From NCBI GenBank assembly GCA_027317865.1, contig DAHVQG010000014.1, positions 1 to 64,000 of the forward strand: DNA of 64,000 bases, written 5' to 3'. Source of the stretch: Bdellovibrionales bacterium (lineage in GTDB: Bacteria > Bdellovibrionota > Bdellovibrionia > Bdellovibrionales > UBA1609). The number at the start of each line of letters is the position of its first letter. Positions within the stretch are counted from its first letter, which is position 1. Below, piece by piece: positions 18,927-29,476 of the stretch. Position numbers and translations under genes: made by a program. The notes below the pieces were generated by a model. That model made no database searches, was not told the origin of the DNA, and worked only from the letters and a program-made list of their open reading frames with translations.

Positions 18927-19838
18927 TTAATCGAAAAGCGAGAGTTGATGGAACTGCGCCGAAACAACCTTGTCTTCCGTTCTGCCGTCAAACACTTCGC
19001 GTCTTAAAAACTGGCCTTTGTGCGTGTCGAACACGAAAAATGAGTTTTTCGGATAATTACGTTTCAGTCGCGTCATCTCTTCAATAATAAGCTCAATATT
19101 TTTCGGATCGTCATCTGACATGCCGAAGCGATGATGCTCGTTGTATCCGTACTGTTCAAATGCCCGTTCCACAGATGCGCGAATTGCCGTTTGCTTCATT
19201 TCAGCTACAGGAGCGTCAAAACTTTTGCCCAGTAATGTACGCGTTTCGGGACAATTGACCGGGTAAAGCCCCAAATAATTCGGCTCATGCGGAATATGCC
19301 CCTCCGACACAAGTAAACGCATCCCGTCTTTCATCGTTTTAGGTTTATGACCGCGTGCTGTAATTAATGACAACGGTCGCCGGTTAAATACCGCATGGTA
19401 GAAACAGTTCCAGCTTGGCCCCTTCCAGTTGTAATCGGGCAATCCAAGCGCGTGCATAAGATCTTCTATAAACGGTTGGCGTTTACCGGCGAGCCGCTCA
19501 ATAAGCGATAAATCACGATCACGAAAATTGCGAAAACTTCCATTCTCGTCATCGAATCGAACTTCGTAGTCTTTATAAGGGCCCGACTTACCTATCGTGC
19601 CACTATGTTCACCAAATTCGCGTGTCGAAAGTTTCTTTTCTTCACCCGATTGCCTGTGAAAAATAAACGTCGGCGTCGACAATATCGCGATATTGTCGTC
19701 GAAATCGAAGAAGTAGAAACTACGCCCGCCTCGCTTAAAATTTCGGTCGTCCTCTTGGCTCCGTTGAATACCTAATTCGAGCTGCGTCGATTTCGAATTT
19801 TGCGCCTTTTCGACCGATTCACGTAACCGTTTAAACAA
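18927..19838 (-). CDS. Hypothetical protein with HAD-like motifs
   Basis: FFDFDDN, ITARGH, GMSDDD.KN; probable TTG start right after the topA stop. Confidence 0.7.
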   Translation of the reverse strand: MFKRLRESVEKAQNSKSTQLELGIQRSQEDDRNFKRGGRSFYFFDFDDNIAILSTPTFIFHRQSGEEKKLSTREFGEHSGTIGKSGPYKDYEVRFDDENGSFRNFRDRDLSLIERLAGKRQPFIEDLMHALGLPDYNWKGPSWNCFYHAVFNRRPLSLITARGHKPKTMKDGMRLLVSEGHIPHEPNYLGLYPVNCPETRTLLGKSFDAPVAEMKQTAIRASVERAFEQYGYNEHHRFGMSDDDPKNIELIIEEMTRLKRNYPKNSFFVFDTHKGQFLRREVFDGRTEDKVVSAQFHQLSLFD

Positions 19839-19839
19839 C

Positions 19840-22470
19840 TCAGCCCCCAGTGACCGCCCGTTTCGGCGCGTTGGAGGACCGCTTTGCACCTGCTCGCCGG
19901 CTGTTGCTTTTTGCACTAGACCCTTGTGCTTCTTTTTTAGCCAATAGCTCAAGGGCCACTTTCATTGTCACATCTTCGGGTTTCAAACCCTCCGGCAGCG
20001 ATACATTAGTGCTCCCACATTTTATATACGGCCCGTATTTACCGTTTAAAACTTGCACGACGGCTTTTGTTTCAGGATGAGGTCCCAACTCTTTGAGCGG
20101 AGTTGCGCGCCCGCGCCCGCGTTTAGGCTGCGCGAACAATTCAAGTGCGCGTTTGAGGCTAACCGAAAATAAATCTTCGCCTTTCGGTATCGACCGATAA
20201 TCGCCATCGCAAACCACGTAAGGGCCGAATCGCCCCAAACCCAATTTAATTTCCTTTTTTAGCTGAGGATGCATCCCTAATTTCTTCGGCAAACTCAAAA
20301 GCCAAAGCGCTTGGTCAAGCGTGACATTTTCAGGTTCGAGCCCGGCAGGCAAAGCCATTCGCTTGGGCTTCTTCTCTTTGTCCTTTTCGTCACCATCGCC
20401 CAACTGGACGTAAGGTCCATAACGCCCCGATAAAACATATACGGGCTGTTTGGTGACAGGGTCTTTGCCGATTGAATCGGCGCCGTTAATTTTTTGATCG
20501 ATCAGTTTGTTGGCGATTTCGGCCGTCATATCACCCGGAAATTGCGTTTCTGGTATCGACGCGCAAATCTCTTCGCCTTTCTTTTCGCGGCGACAAACAT
20601 ACGCGCCGTAGCGTCCGACTCGAAAATCAAAATTATTTAATCCTTCGAGTTTCACACCACGCGACTCGTCGGCGTCGATTTCTTTTTCTTTTTTTTCGAC
20701 CTGTTTTCTTAAGCCCTTTTCACCGAAATAAACCGATTGCAAATACTTTTCGTGATCGAGATCACCGCTTGCGATGTCGTCGAGCGCCTGCTCCATCGCG
20801 GAGGTAAACCCTGTCTCAACATATTCGGGCAAATTTTGACTTAGAAGCTTGCTAACAACCAGCGCGGTAAAAGTCGGCACAAGTGCATTGCCAACTTTTT
20901 TTACGTAACCGCGATCCTGAACGGTGCCAATAATCGAAGCATAAGTTGACGGTCGGCCGATCCCCTCGCGCTCCAACGTCTGCACAAGCGACGCCTCAGT
21001 ATAGCGCGCAGGTGGTTTTGTTTCATGCTGATTGATTTGGAGTGAATTAACTTTGAGTTTGTCGCCTTTTTGTAGTTTGGGCAATCGAACTTCGTTTGTT
21101 TCAAGTGCCGCGTCGGGATCATCGCTCCCCTCGACGTAAGCTTTTAGAAAACCCGCAAATTCAATTGTCATACCCGACGCTGCAAACATCGCATCGCCCG
21201 CCTCAATCTTGACCGTCATCTGTTTATGTTCGGAGTTGACCATTTGGCAGGCCATGGTGCGCTTCCAAATCAAATCGTAAAGCTTTAACTCGACGCCGGT
21301 CAGGCCGGCATCTTCCGGTAAAATAAATTGCGTGCCCGCAGGGCGAATCGCTTCGTGCGCTTCTTGAGCCCCTTTGACTTTTTTCTTACCGTAGTCACGA
21401 AATTGCGCAGGTAAATAATTCTTTCCGTACAATTTCACAATCTCTTCGCGCGCGGCACGAATTGCTTGTTCGGATAAAAACATCGAATCAGTTCTCATGT
21501 AAGTGATCATACCGCGTTCGTACAAGCGCTGCGCCACCTGCATCGTTTCACGCGAACCCAAACCCAATTTGCGGTTTGCTTCTTGCTGGAGCGTTGAGGT
21601 AATAAACGGCGGTGCCGGTTTGCGCGAAACCGGTTTTTCTTCAACATCAGTTACAACCCAAGTTGTTTTTTCAATTTCTTTTTTGATTCGTTGCGATTGA
21701 TTCTCGTCAAGATGCAACACGCCGCCGGCGGCCGTTTTGTTCAACTTTCCGGTTGCACTATCAAAATCTTTGCCCGTTGCAATGCGCTGATTTTTGAAGC
21801 TTACAATATGCGATTGAAATTTACTTTTATCTTTTTCATTTTCTGCCGTGAGATCCCAATATTCAGAACGCTTAAAGCGCAATCTCTCATGCTCGCGTTC
21901 GGCTACCAGTCGAACTGCGACGGATTGAACGCGGCCCGCAGAAAGACCGTAGGCGACCTTCTTCCACAAAAGCGGTGAAATAGTGTAACCGACGAGACGG
22001 TCGAGAATGCGGCGGGCCTCTTGTGCACGCACAAGATTCATGTCGATATCGCGAAACTCTTTAAGTGCCGCAAGTATCGCTTCTTTCGTGATTTCATTAA
22101 ACACCATCCGCTTAACGGTCACACGCGGGTTAAGAACGTTAACCAAGTGCCAGCTGATGCTTTCACCTTCGCGGTCTTCGTCAGTTGCGAGAATCACCTC
22201 CGACGCCTCATCAACTTTTCGCTTCAAGTCGCTCACAATTTTAGTTTTGTTTTTCGGGATGCAATAGAGCGGGGCAAAATGTTTGTCGACGTTGACCCCT
22301 AAATTAGCCCAAGGTTCTTTTTTAAATTTTTCAGGAATATCTTTTGCCGACTGTGGTAAATCCCGCACGTGCCCCATGCATGACTCCACAACGAAATCAC
22401 GGCCAAGAAACTTTCGGATCGTTTTGGCTTTCGTGGGCGACTCCACAATAACTAGCTTTTTCTTTGTCAT
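19840..22470 (-). CDS. topA: DNA topoisomerase I
   Basis: IVESPTKAKTI, ATDEDREGE, SAGRVQS, catalytic ITYMRTD; C-terminal GRYGPY repeats. Confidence 0.97.
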   Translation of the reverse strand: MTKKKLVIVESPTKAKTIRKFLGRDFVVESCMGHVRDLPQSAKDIPEKFKKEPWANLGVNVDKHFAPLYCIPKNKTKIVSDLKRKVDEASEVILATDEDREGESISWHLVNVLNPRVTVKRMVFNEITKEAILAALKEFRDIDMNLVRAQEARRILDRLVGYTISPLLWKKVAYGLSAGRVQSVAVRLVAEREHERLRFKRSEYWDLTAENEKDKSKFQSHIVSFKNQRIATGKDFDSATGKLNKTAAGGVLHLDENQSQRIKKEIEKTTWVVTDVEEKPVSRKPAPPFITSTLQQEANRKLGLGSRETMQVAQRLYERGMITYMRTDSMFLSEQAIRAAREEIVKLYGKNYLPAQFRDYGKKKVKGAQEAHEAIRPAGTQFILPEDAGLTGVELKLYDLIWKRTMACQMVNSEHKQMTVKIEAGDAMFAASGMTIEFAGFLKAYVEGSDDPDAALETNEVRLPKLQKGDKLKVNSLQINQHETKPPARYTEASLVQTLEREGIGRPSTYASIIGTVQDRGYVKKVGNALVPTFTALVVSKLLSQNLPEYVETGFTSAMEQALDDIASGDLDHEKYLQSVYFGEKGLRKQVEKKEKEIDADESRGVKLEGLNNFDFRVGRYGAYVCRREKKGEEICASIPETQFPGDMTAEIANKLIDQKINGADSIGKDPVTKQPVYVLSGRYGPYVQLGDGDEKDKEKKPKRMALPAGLEPENVTLDQALWLLSLPKKLGMHPQLKKEIKLGLGRFGPYVVCDGDYRSIPKGEDLFSVSLKRALELFAQPKRGRGRATPLKELGPHPETKAVVQVLNGKYGPYIKCGSTNVSLPEGLKPEDVTMKVALELLAKKEAQGSSAKSNSRRAGAKRSSNAPKRAVTGG

Positions 22471-22532
22471 TTTGTGTATACTGCCATTCAACTTATGATT
22501 TATCCATGCTCACAGTTAACTCAGCGCTCCAC

Positions 22533-23342
22533 ATGAAATCACTGCGTGAATTTGTAAATCCCGGTCTTCGTTTTATTTTTACCGATATTGACGGTACTTT
22601 GACCGAGCAAGGCCGGTTGACGTCGAGCGCTTACCAAGCCCTTTGGCGATTGCACGATCACGGTCTAAAAGTTGTGCCGGTCACTGGACGTCCCGCCGGC
22701 TGGTGTGAACTCATCGCTCGACAATGGCCGGTCACCGGTGTGATTGGCGAAAACGGCGGCTTTTATTTTCGCTACGAAGATCTCAACGCAGGCGACGGTA
22801 CAACAGGAGTGATGCGACGTCATTATTTTTACAATGCTTCAGAACGCGCCGATCACAACCGCCGCCTTGATAAAATTCGCACTGAAATTTTGGCTCGCGT
22901 GCCAGGCGCTGCCGTTGCAAGCGATCAGTTTTGCCGCCAAATGGATCTTGCCATCGACTATTGCGAAGACGTCGTGCGTCTACCGCCGACCGATGTCGAC
23001 CGGATCGTTAAAATTTTTACGGATCATGGTGCCAACGCCAAGGTGAGCTCGATTCATGTCAACGGATGGTTTGGCGAATACGATAAACTCACGATGTGTC
23101 ATGTTTTCTTGGAGCGCGAGTTTGGAATGAAAATCTCTGACGCCCAAACCTCCGTCGCTTTTGTCGGCGACTCACCCAACGACGAACCCATGTTTGCCTT
23201 TTTTAAAAATTCGTTTGCGGTCGCAAATGTCAAAGATTTCGTGGGAACTATGAAATCACTCCCCGAATATGTTGCCGATCAAAACGGCGGCTCTGGTTTT
23301 GCCGAAGTCGTTGAGCGAATACTTGCGACCACTCAACGCTGA
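22533..23342 (+). CDS. HAD-IIB family hydrolase
   Basis: DIDGTLT, VTGR and GDSPNDEPMF motifs; start uncertain. Confidence 0.88.
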   Translation: MKSLREFVNPGLRFIFTDIDGTLTEQGRLTSSAYQALWRLHDHGLKVVPVTGRPAGWCELIARQWPVTGVIGENGGFYFRYEDLNAGDGTTGVMRRHYFYNASERADHNRRLDKIRTEILARVPGAAVASDQFCRQMDLAIDYCEDVVRLPPTDVDRIVKIFTDHGANAKVSSIHVNGWFGEYDKLTMCHVFLEREFGMKISDAQTSVAFVGDSPNDEPMFAFFKNSFAVANVKDFVGTMKSLPEYVADQNGGSGFAEVVERILATTQR

Positions 23343-23356
23343 ATTTGAATTTCCTA

Positions 23357-24130
23357 TTACTTAATCCAGTGAAAGAAGCGGGACCAGCGGATGCTCATCG
23401 GATCGCATCCCATATGGATAATGGGGATTGTTTTACCGCAACTCAGCCACACAAACGTCGCGCGGCCAATTACATTATCAATGGGCGCGTAACCCCAATA
23501 GCGCGAATCCGCCGAATTGTCGCGATGGTCACCCATCATGAAGAGATAGCCTTTGGGCACAATCGCCGGGCCGAAATTACGATCGTACATATCGGTTCGG
23601 TGCAAGATCGCGTGCGGAGTTTTGCCCAGTTCTTCGATGAGCTCGACGTGCTCGGCACGGGCATTTTCAAGATCGCGGTTTCTAATCATATCGAGCCAGT
23701 GGTGATTCGGATCTGGAATATCTTGGATTTGTTTTCCGTTAATATATAAAACGTCATCGTGATAATAAATTTTATCGCCCGGAACACCGATTACGCGTTT
23801 AATCAGCATAATGCCATGCTTACCTTTTTCGGGGTCACGAAAAACAACAACTGACCCTCTCGTCGGCGTGCCAAATCGCACGATCCAATGATCGGTAAAT
23901 GGCCAGCGTATCCCGTAAATTAATTTATTAACGAAAATGTGATCGTTAATCAAAAGCGTCGGCAACATGCTACCGGAGGGGATCACATAAGCTTCAAAAA
24001 ACGCCCAACGAATTGTGAGCGCAATCAAAACAGCTCCGACCAATCCCCAAATACTATCTTTACGCTTACTGCTGGATTTTTTGTTCGACGCTTTAGGGGG
24101 TTCTTTTTGTGGCTCGTCTTGATTTGTCAA
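23357..24130 (-). CDS. lepB: Signal peptidase I
   Basis: IPSGSMLPTL, IKRVIG and GDHRDNSADSRYWG motifs. Confidence 0.95.
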   Translation of the reverse strand: MTNQDEPQKEPPKASNKKSSSKRKDSIWGLVGAVLIALTIRWAFFEAYVIPSGSMLPTLLINDHIFVNKLIYGIRWPFTDHWIVRFGTPTRGSVVVFRDPEKGKHGIMLIKRVIGVPGDKIYYHDDVLYINGKQIQDIPDPNHHWLDMIRNRDLENARAEHVELIEELGKTPHAILHRTDMYDRNFGPAIVPKGYLFMMGDHRDNSADSRYWGYAPIDNVIGRATFVWLSCGKTIPIIHMGCDPMSIRWSRFFHWIK

Positions 24131-24163
24131 AATGTGCTCTTTTCTAAATGATGTGGTTGTTTT

Positions 24164-26563
24164 CTATTTTTTAAACCCTTGCAGAGCCGCAAACGGATTG
24201 TTAAATGGTTGACGCGCACTTCGTTCACGCCCGCCTCGCTCACGCGCCTCTCCCTCGCGCGGCATCTTCTGATTTTTGCCGGGACGGTGCCGGTCGCTGG
24301 GCCTATTTCTTTGCCCATTACGCTCACGCGCCACTTGACCTTGTGACCGTTTTTCGCTGGGAGGCAAACGCTGGGCAGCCGGCCGTTCCTCAAGTTTCAT
24401 CGTCAGCGAAATTTGGTTCTTTTCCGTGTCTACGCCAAGAACTTTAACTGTAACCGCTTCGCCCGGATTTACAACTGTACGCGGATCATCAACAAAATCA
24501 TAGGTGAGCTGCGAAATATGAACAAGACCGTCTTGATGAACGCCGATATCAACAAACGCGCCGAAGTTCGTTACGTTAGTAACAAGGCCGGGGCAAATCA
24601 TTCCCTCTTTTAAATCTTTGATTTCGTGAATATCTTCACGAAATTGAAATACTTTAAACGGATCGCGCGGGTCGCGTCCGGGTTTAGCGAGTTCCGTTAA
24701 GATATCGTCAAATGTAAATTCGCCGATTAACTTCACGTATTTTTCGCGTAATTTTTTAAGCGGTTCGAGATTACCGCCGATGGCTTGGGAGCTCGTCAGC
24801 CCGGCTTCACTCAGCATATCCCGCACCGCCATATAGCGCTCAGGGTGAATGCCGGTTTGATCGAGCACCACTTTACCGTTTGCAATACGCAAAAAGCCCG
24901 CGGCTTGTTCAAAAACTTTCGACGAAAAATGTGCCACTTTCATCAAATCGCCGCGTTCTTGAAACAACCCCTTCTCGTTTCGATGCTGAACAATGTTTTT
25001 CGCAATCGCCGGACCAATCCCCGCGACATACTGAAGGAGCGAATGTGAAGCGGTATTGACGTCTACGCCGACTTGGTTCACGCACGATTCCACAACCGCG
25101 TGCAAGGAATTTTTCAAATCGGCTGGGTTGACGTCGTGCTGATACTGGCCGACTCCGATTGATTTAGGGTCAACTTTCACAAGCTCGGATAACGGATCTT
25201 GTAACCGCCGGGCTATCGAAATCGCGCCACGAACCGTTAAATCAAGATCCGGAAACTCTTCTCGCGCGACATCGCTTGCCGAATAAACGCTTGCGCCCGA
25301 CTCGTTCACCATGATTACCGGCACTTCTTTTTTAATCTCAACCAAAATATCACGGATGAATTTTTCGGTCTCGCGCCCGGCCGTTCCGTTACCTACAGCA
25401 ACGGCATCAATCTGAATCTGCGTAAGCGTCTCAGCCAGAAGTTTCTTTGCCTTTTCTTTGGCACCCTCACCAAGCGTTTGTAAAACCGTATGAGTTAAAA
25501 ACCGGCCGCCCCGATCAATCAATGCGATTTTACATCCCGTACGAAGACCAGGGTCGACCCCTAAAACGACTTTTGGCCCGAAGGGGCTTGCCATCAAAAC
25601 ACGCCGCACGTTTTCGGCAAAAACGGCAATCGCATCGGCGTCGGCTTTATCTTTCAATACGCTATGGAGTTCATTTGTCACAGACGGAATCACGTGAACC
25701 GTTAGCGCAATTTTCGCGGCCTCTTTCAAAAACGAAGCGGCTTGCGAATCCGTTTTGATTACCGCTTCGGTTTCAAACGACTGCAGCAATACATCGTCCG
25801 TCCCCTCGACTGTGACTTTGAGTTCGCCCTCTTGCCAGCCGCGACGAAGCGCCAAGTACCGGTGCGAAGCTTTGCGCATTTGCAAGCTTTTTACCGACTC
25901 CTTAAACTCCGCGTACATTGTGTATTTCGAATTCGGCTTAAATTCTTTAGTTTTCGACGTTATGATGCGGCCGTTTGTGAAGTAATCATCTTTGACCTTC
26001 GCGCGCAAAATGGGGTTATTGGCGAGTCGCTCCACAATAATATGCTGAGCCCCGCGCAGTACCTCTTCGTATGTTGCGTACTGTGCTGCTGGATTAATAA
26101 ATTCTTTTGCCTTTACCTCAAGACTTGTGGGGTCTTGAATTTCGCCGTGCCCCAACTGCCATATCCAATCCGCTAATGGACCAATTCCGGCGTCTTGGGC
26201 GAGTTTTGCTTTTGTTTTTTTCTTTTTCTTGTAAGGCCGGTAGAGCTCCTCGATCTCGTGTAAATCAAACGATTGCTCGATTTGCTTTTTGAGGTCGTCA
26301 GAAAGGCTGCCTTGTTTGCGAATTTCATCGAGTACAAAGGCTTTGCGCTTTACGATTTCTTGCCAAGTCTCAAATGACTGTAAAATATTGCGAATTGCGA
26401 CTTCATCTAAATTACCGGTGCGTTCTTTTCGGTAACGCGCCATAAAAGGGACCGTGGCCCCTTGGTTGTGTAAGTCGAGAACCGCTTCGATCGATTTTAC
26501 CGCAACCGTCTGGATTTTTGATTTCGAATATTCAATAAACTGCGGATCGACAGTCAAACTCAT
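24164..26563 (-). CDS. tex: Tex-like RNA-binding transcription accessory protein
   Basis: TVPFMARYRKE, DPGLRTGCK, KSIGVGQYQHDV, HhH and S1 (FGAFVDIGVHQDGLVHIS). Confidence 0.93.
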   Translation of the reverse strand: MSLTVDPQFIEYSKSKIQTVAVKSIEAVLDLHNQGATVPFMARYRKERTGNLDEVAIRNILQSFETWQEIVKRKAFVLDEIRKQGSLSDDLKKQIEQSFDLHEIEELYRPYKKKKKTKAKLAQDAGIGPLADWIWQLGHGEIQDPTSLEVKAKEFINPAAQYATYEEVLRGAQHIIVERLANNPILRAKVKDDYFTNGRIITSKTKEFKPNSKYTMYAEFKESVKSLQMRKASHRYLALRRGWQEGELKVTVEGTDDVLLQSFETEAVIKTDSQAASFLKEAAKIALTVHVIPSVTNELHSVLKDKADADAIAVFAENVRRVLMASPFGPKVVLGVDPGLRTGCKIALIDRGGRFLTHTVLQTLGEGAKEKAKKLLAETLTQIQIDAVAVGNGTAGRETEKFIRDILVEIKKEVPVIMVNESGASVYSASDVAREEFPDLDLTVRGAISIARRLQDPLSELVKVDPKSIGVGQYQHDVNPADLKNSLHAVVESCVNQVGVDVNTASHSLLQYVAGIGPAIAKNIVQHRNEKGLFQERGDLMKVAHFSSKVFEQAAGFLRIANGKVVLDQTGIHPERYMAVRDMLSEAGLTSSQAIGGNLEPLKKLREKYVKLIGEFTFDDILTELAKPGRDPRDPFKVFQFREDIHEIKDLKEGMICPGLVTNVTNFGAFVDIGVHQDGLVHISQLTYDFVDDPRTVVNPGEAVTVKVLGVDTEKNQISLTMKLEERPAAQRLPPSEKRSQGQVARERNGQRNRPSDRHRPGKNQKMPREGEARERGGRERSARQPFNNPFAALQGFKK

Positions 26564-26569
26564 GGTTTT

Positions 26570-26788
26570 TTATTTGTGGCGGTACATGATAAGACCGTGG
26601 GAAGGATCATATGGAGAAACACCCACAGTTACGCGATCACCAACAACTACGCGAATGTTAAACTGCCGCATTTTGCCGCACAATTTGGCGCTGATGTCGA
26701 CGTTATTATCCAGCCGGACTTTATAAAGTCCGCCAGCGCCTGCATCTGTAACCTTGCCATCCATTTGTACTAAATCGTCTTTAGCCAT
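26570..26788 (-). CDS. infA: Translation initiation factor IF-1
   Basis: 72 aa; MAKDD..., GKMR..IR...GD.V.V..SPYD. Confidence 0.95.
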   Translation of the reverse strand: MAKDDLVQMDGKVTDAGAGGLYKVRLDNNVDISAKLCGKMRQFNIRVVVGDRVTVGVSPYDPSHGLIMYRHK

Positions 26789-26833
26789 GCGTATTGACTT
26801 GCAATGTGCCTTAATTACTGTTTGAAATCAATC

Positions 26834-27916
26834 ATGATTTCTGTTGGCGAAATTGTCGATGAATTTCCAGAACTCGTGCGTTTGGTGCATGGTGGACGCG
26901 ATTGCAAAGTGTCAATTCCTTGCTCCCAAGAATCCCCTAAACAAGGCGGGATCGTATTTATTTCGAATCCACAGTTTCTCAATCTCGCAATTACTAACCG
27001 GGTCGCGGCTATTGTAGGCTCAACGGAGCTTGTGAGTACATTTTTGCGTAACGTCGACAAAACGACGGACAAAAAGGGTCTGCAAACCGTTCTTGAGAGC
27101 CCGTCGCCATATTTGGCGTTGGCCAAAATTAACAGCCGATTTTTCAAAACAGCGGAAGATCTTGACACGGTTGATGGTGAGCGCATTCACAATTCTGCCA
27201 TCATTGCGAAATCGGCAAAAATTGCAAGCAACGCCAAAATTGGACCCGGCGCTGTAGTTTCAGAACGCGCGGTAATAGGTGCGAACTCTTCGATTGGCGC
27301 TTTGGCCTATATCGGTCCTGAAACAATAGTCGGCAATGACTGCCGCATTCACGCACAGGTGCATATTGCGGCCCGCTGCAAAATCGGCGATCGATGCGAG
27401 CTCAAATCGCATTGCGTGATTGGGACCGATGGTTATGGTTTTGCGCACGACGCGAAGAACCGGCATTTTCGCATCCCCCATTATGGCGGTGTGATTCTTG
27501 ACGAAGACGTTCATGTTGGCGCTTGTACAACAATAGATGCGGGGACATTCGAACCCTCGCATATCGGCGCAGGAACGAAAATCGACAATCATTGCCATTT
27601 TGGCCACAATATTCAAATCGGCAAAAATTGTTTATTTACAGGCGGACAAATGGCGGCTGGCTCCGTTACCATCGGAGATAACTGTGTGTTCGGCGGCCGC
27701 GTCACTTTTAATGGGCATATCAAAATTACCTCAAACGTTTCGGTCGCGCCGTTTTCAGGAATATCTTGTTCAATAGATAAACCCGGCCAATACGGAGGTT
27801 ATCCTCCAACCGAACTTCGCGAGTCGCAACGTATACAGCTCAGTCTTCAACAACTCCCGCGCATGCGAAAGCAGCTGGCGAGAATCTTGAAGAATTTGGG
27901 AATGAACGAAAATTAA
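26834..27916 (+). CDS. lpxD: UDP-3-O-acyl-glucosamine N-acyltransferase
   Basis: Hexapeptide repeats, IG.DGYGF, IPH.G.V, TKIDN.CH.GHN. Confidence 0.93.
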   Translation: MISVGEIVDEFPELVRLVHGGRDCKVSIPCSQESPKQGGIVFISNPQFLNLAITNRVAAIVGSTELVSTFLRNVDKTTDKKGLQTVLESPSPYLALAKINSRFFKTAEDLDTVDGERIHNSAIIAKSAKIASNAKIGPGAVVSERAVIGANSSIGALAYIGPETIVGNDCRIHAQVHIAARCKIGDRCELKSHCVIGTDGYGFAHDAKNRHFRIPHYGGVILDEDVHVGACTTIDAGTFEPSHIGAGTKIDNHCHFGHNIQIGKNCLFTGGQMAAGSVTIGDNCVFGGRVTFNGHIKITSNVSVAPFSGISCSIDKPGQYGGYPPTELRESQRIQLSLQQLPRMRKQLARILKNLGMNEN

Positions 27917-27931
27917 CAACGGAGACCGACC

Positions 27932-29476
27932 ATGAATCCGGAGAGATTTTATGTCACCACGCCGATTTACTATGTAAACGACAAGCCTCATTTGGGCACG
28001 GCGTACTCCACGATTATGGCCGATGTTTTAGCGCGCTATCATCGACTGTTCGGCAACGAAACTCTCTTCCTGACCGGGGTTGACGAACACGGACAAAAAA
28101 TTCAACAGGCCGCTGAAAAACGCGGCAAAACTCCACAAGAGCATTGCGATGAGTTGTCTGAAAATTTCAAAGAAATTTGGAAAAAGCTCGACATTCAATA
28201 CGACATCTTTTTTCGCACAACATCTGATTTTCACGTGGCTGCGGTTCAGAAGGCACTGCAAGATTTGTATGACAAAGGTGACATTTACGCCGACGTCTAC
28301 GAAGGTTGGTATTGCGTCAGCGAAGAAATTTTTTATACCGAAAAAGAACTTGTCGACGGTAAAACTCCGACCGGCAAAGATGTCACGCGGATCACCGAGA
28401 AAAACTATTTCTTTCGGATGTCAAAATATCAGCAGGCGTTAATTGACTATATCAACTCGCATCCCAATTTCATTCGCCCCCAGAATCGTAAAAATGAAGT
28501 TTTGGGATTTTTGCGCCAGCCACTTGGTGATCTGTGCATTAGCCGGCCAAAATCTCGACTGAGTTGGGGAATTGAAATTCCGTTTGATTCAAACTATGTC
28601 ACCTACGTTTGGTTTGATGCTCTATTAAATTACGCAACCGCAGTCGGCCTAAACCAACCCGCGCGTGCCGAAGAATTTAAAAAATGGTGGGGTAGCCCTG
28701 TTCATCATTTAATCGGCAAAGATATTTTAACCACCCACTGCGTTTACTGGACTACCATGCTGATGGCGATGAATTTGCCGTTGCCTCAAACAATTTTTGC
28801 TCATGGCTGGATACTCAACCGCGACAACGAAAAGATGAGCAAATCTAAGGGTAGCGTCATGGACCCAGACGAACTGATTCGATTCGCCGGCGTCGATTCG
28901 CTCCGCTATTTTCTTGTTCGCGAAATTCATTTCGGTAACGATGCCCCGATTTCGCACGAACTGATCATGAACCGAATCAACAATGATTTATCGAATAACT
29001 TGGGCAATCTTTTAAGTCGCACAACCACTTTAATTGATAAATTTTTTGGCGGGATCGCACCTCACCATCAAGAAATTGCGGCGGCCGACGCGGAGAGTGT
29101 TGCACTCATCAATCACGCGACGCAATTGTCTGGTCAGGTTAAAACATTGATTGAAAAATTTCAGCCGGCGCAAGCTCTAGAACAGATTGTCTTGCTGCTT
29201 GACGAAACAAACCGGTTTTTAGAAGCAAAAGCGCCTTGGAAGACCGCAAAAACCGACCTTGCGGCGGCCGGGCAACACCTCTATGTCGCCGTCGAAATAT
29301 TGCGCATTACCGGTGTTCTTTTGTCGCCGATCATGCCGACAAAATGTCGCGATCTTTTGCAATCTATCGGAGTAACAAATACGCCGTCGTGGGAGTCACT
29401 CTCACAGTGGGGGGTCACTCCGCCCGATGCGCACATTGCAAAAGCACCGCCGCTTTTTCCGCGAATCGAAATTTAA
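27932..29476 (+). CDS. metG: Methionine--tRNA ligase (short form)
   Basis: TTPIYYVN..PHLG.AY, GVDEHGQKI, YVWFDAL, KMSKS. Confidence 0.96.
   Translation: MNPERFYVTTPIYYVNDKPHLGTAYSTIMADVLARYHRLFGNETLFLTGVDEHGQKIQQAAEKRGKTPQEHCDELSENFKEIWKKLDIQYDIFFRTTSDFHVAAVQKALQDLYDKGDIYADVYEGWYCVSEEIFYTEKELVDGKTPTGKDVTRITEKNYFFRMSKYQQALIDYINSHPNFIRPQNRKNEVLGFLRQPLGDLCISRPKSRLSWGIEIPFDSNYVTYVWFDALLNYATAVGLNQPARAEEFKKWWGSPVHHLIGKDILTTHCVYWTTMLMAMNLPLPQTIFAHGWILNRDNEKMSKSKGSVMDPDELIRFAGVDSLRYFLVREIHFGNDAPISHELIMNRINNDLSNNLGNLLSRTTTLIDKFFGGIAPHHQEIAAADAESVALINHATQLSGQVKTLIEKFQPAQALEQIVLLLDETNRFLEAKAPWKTAKTDLAAAGQHLYVAVEILRITGVLLSPIMPTKCRDLLQSIGVTNTPSWESLSQWGVTPPDAHIAKAPPLFPRIEI

Noticed and set aside
19839..19952. 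Long overlap between topA and the HAD-like ORF
   Set aside because: A TTG start at 19838 with a GGGGG RBS removes the overlap
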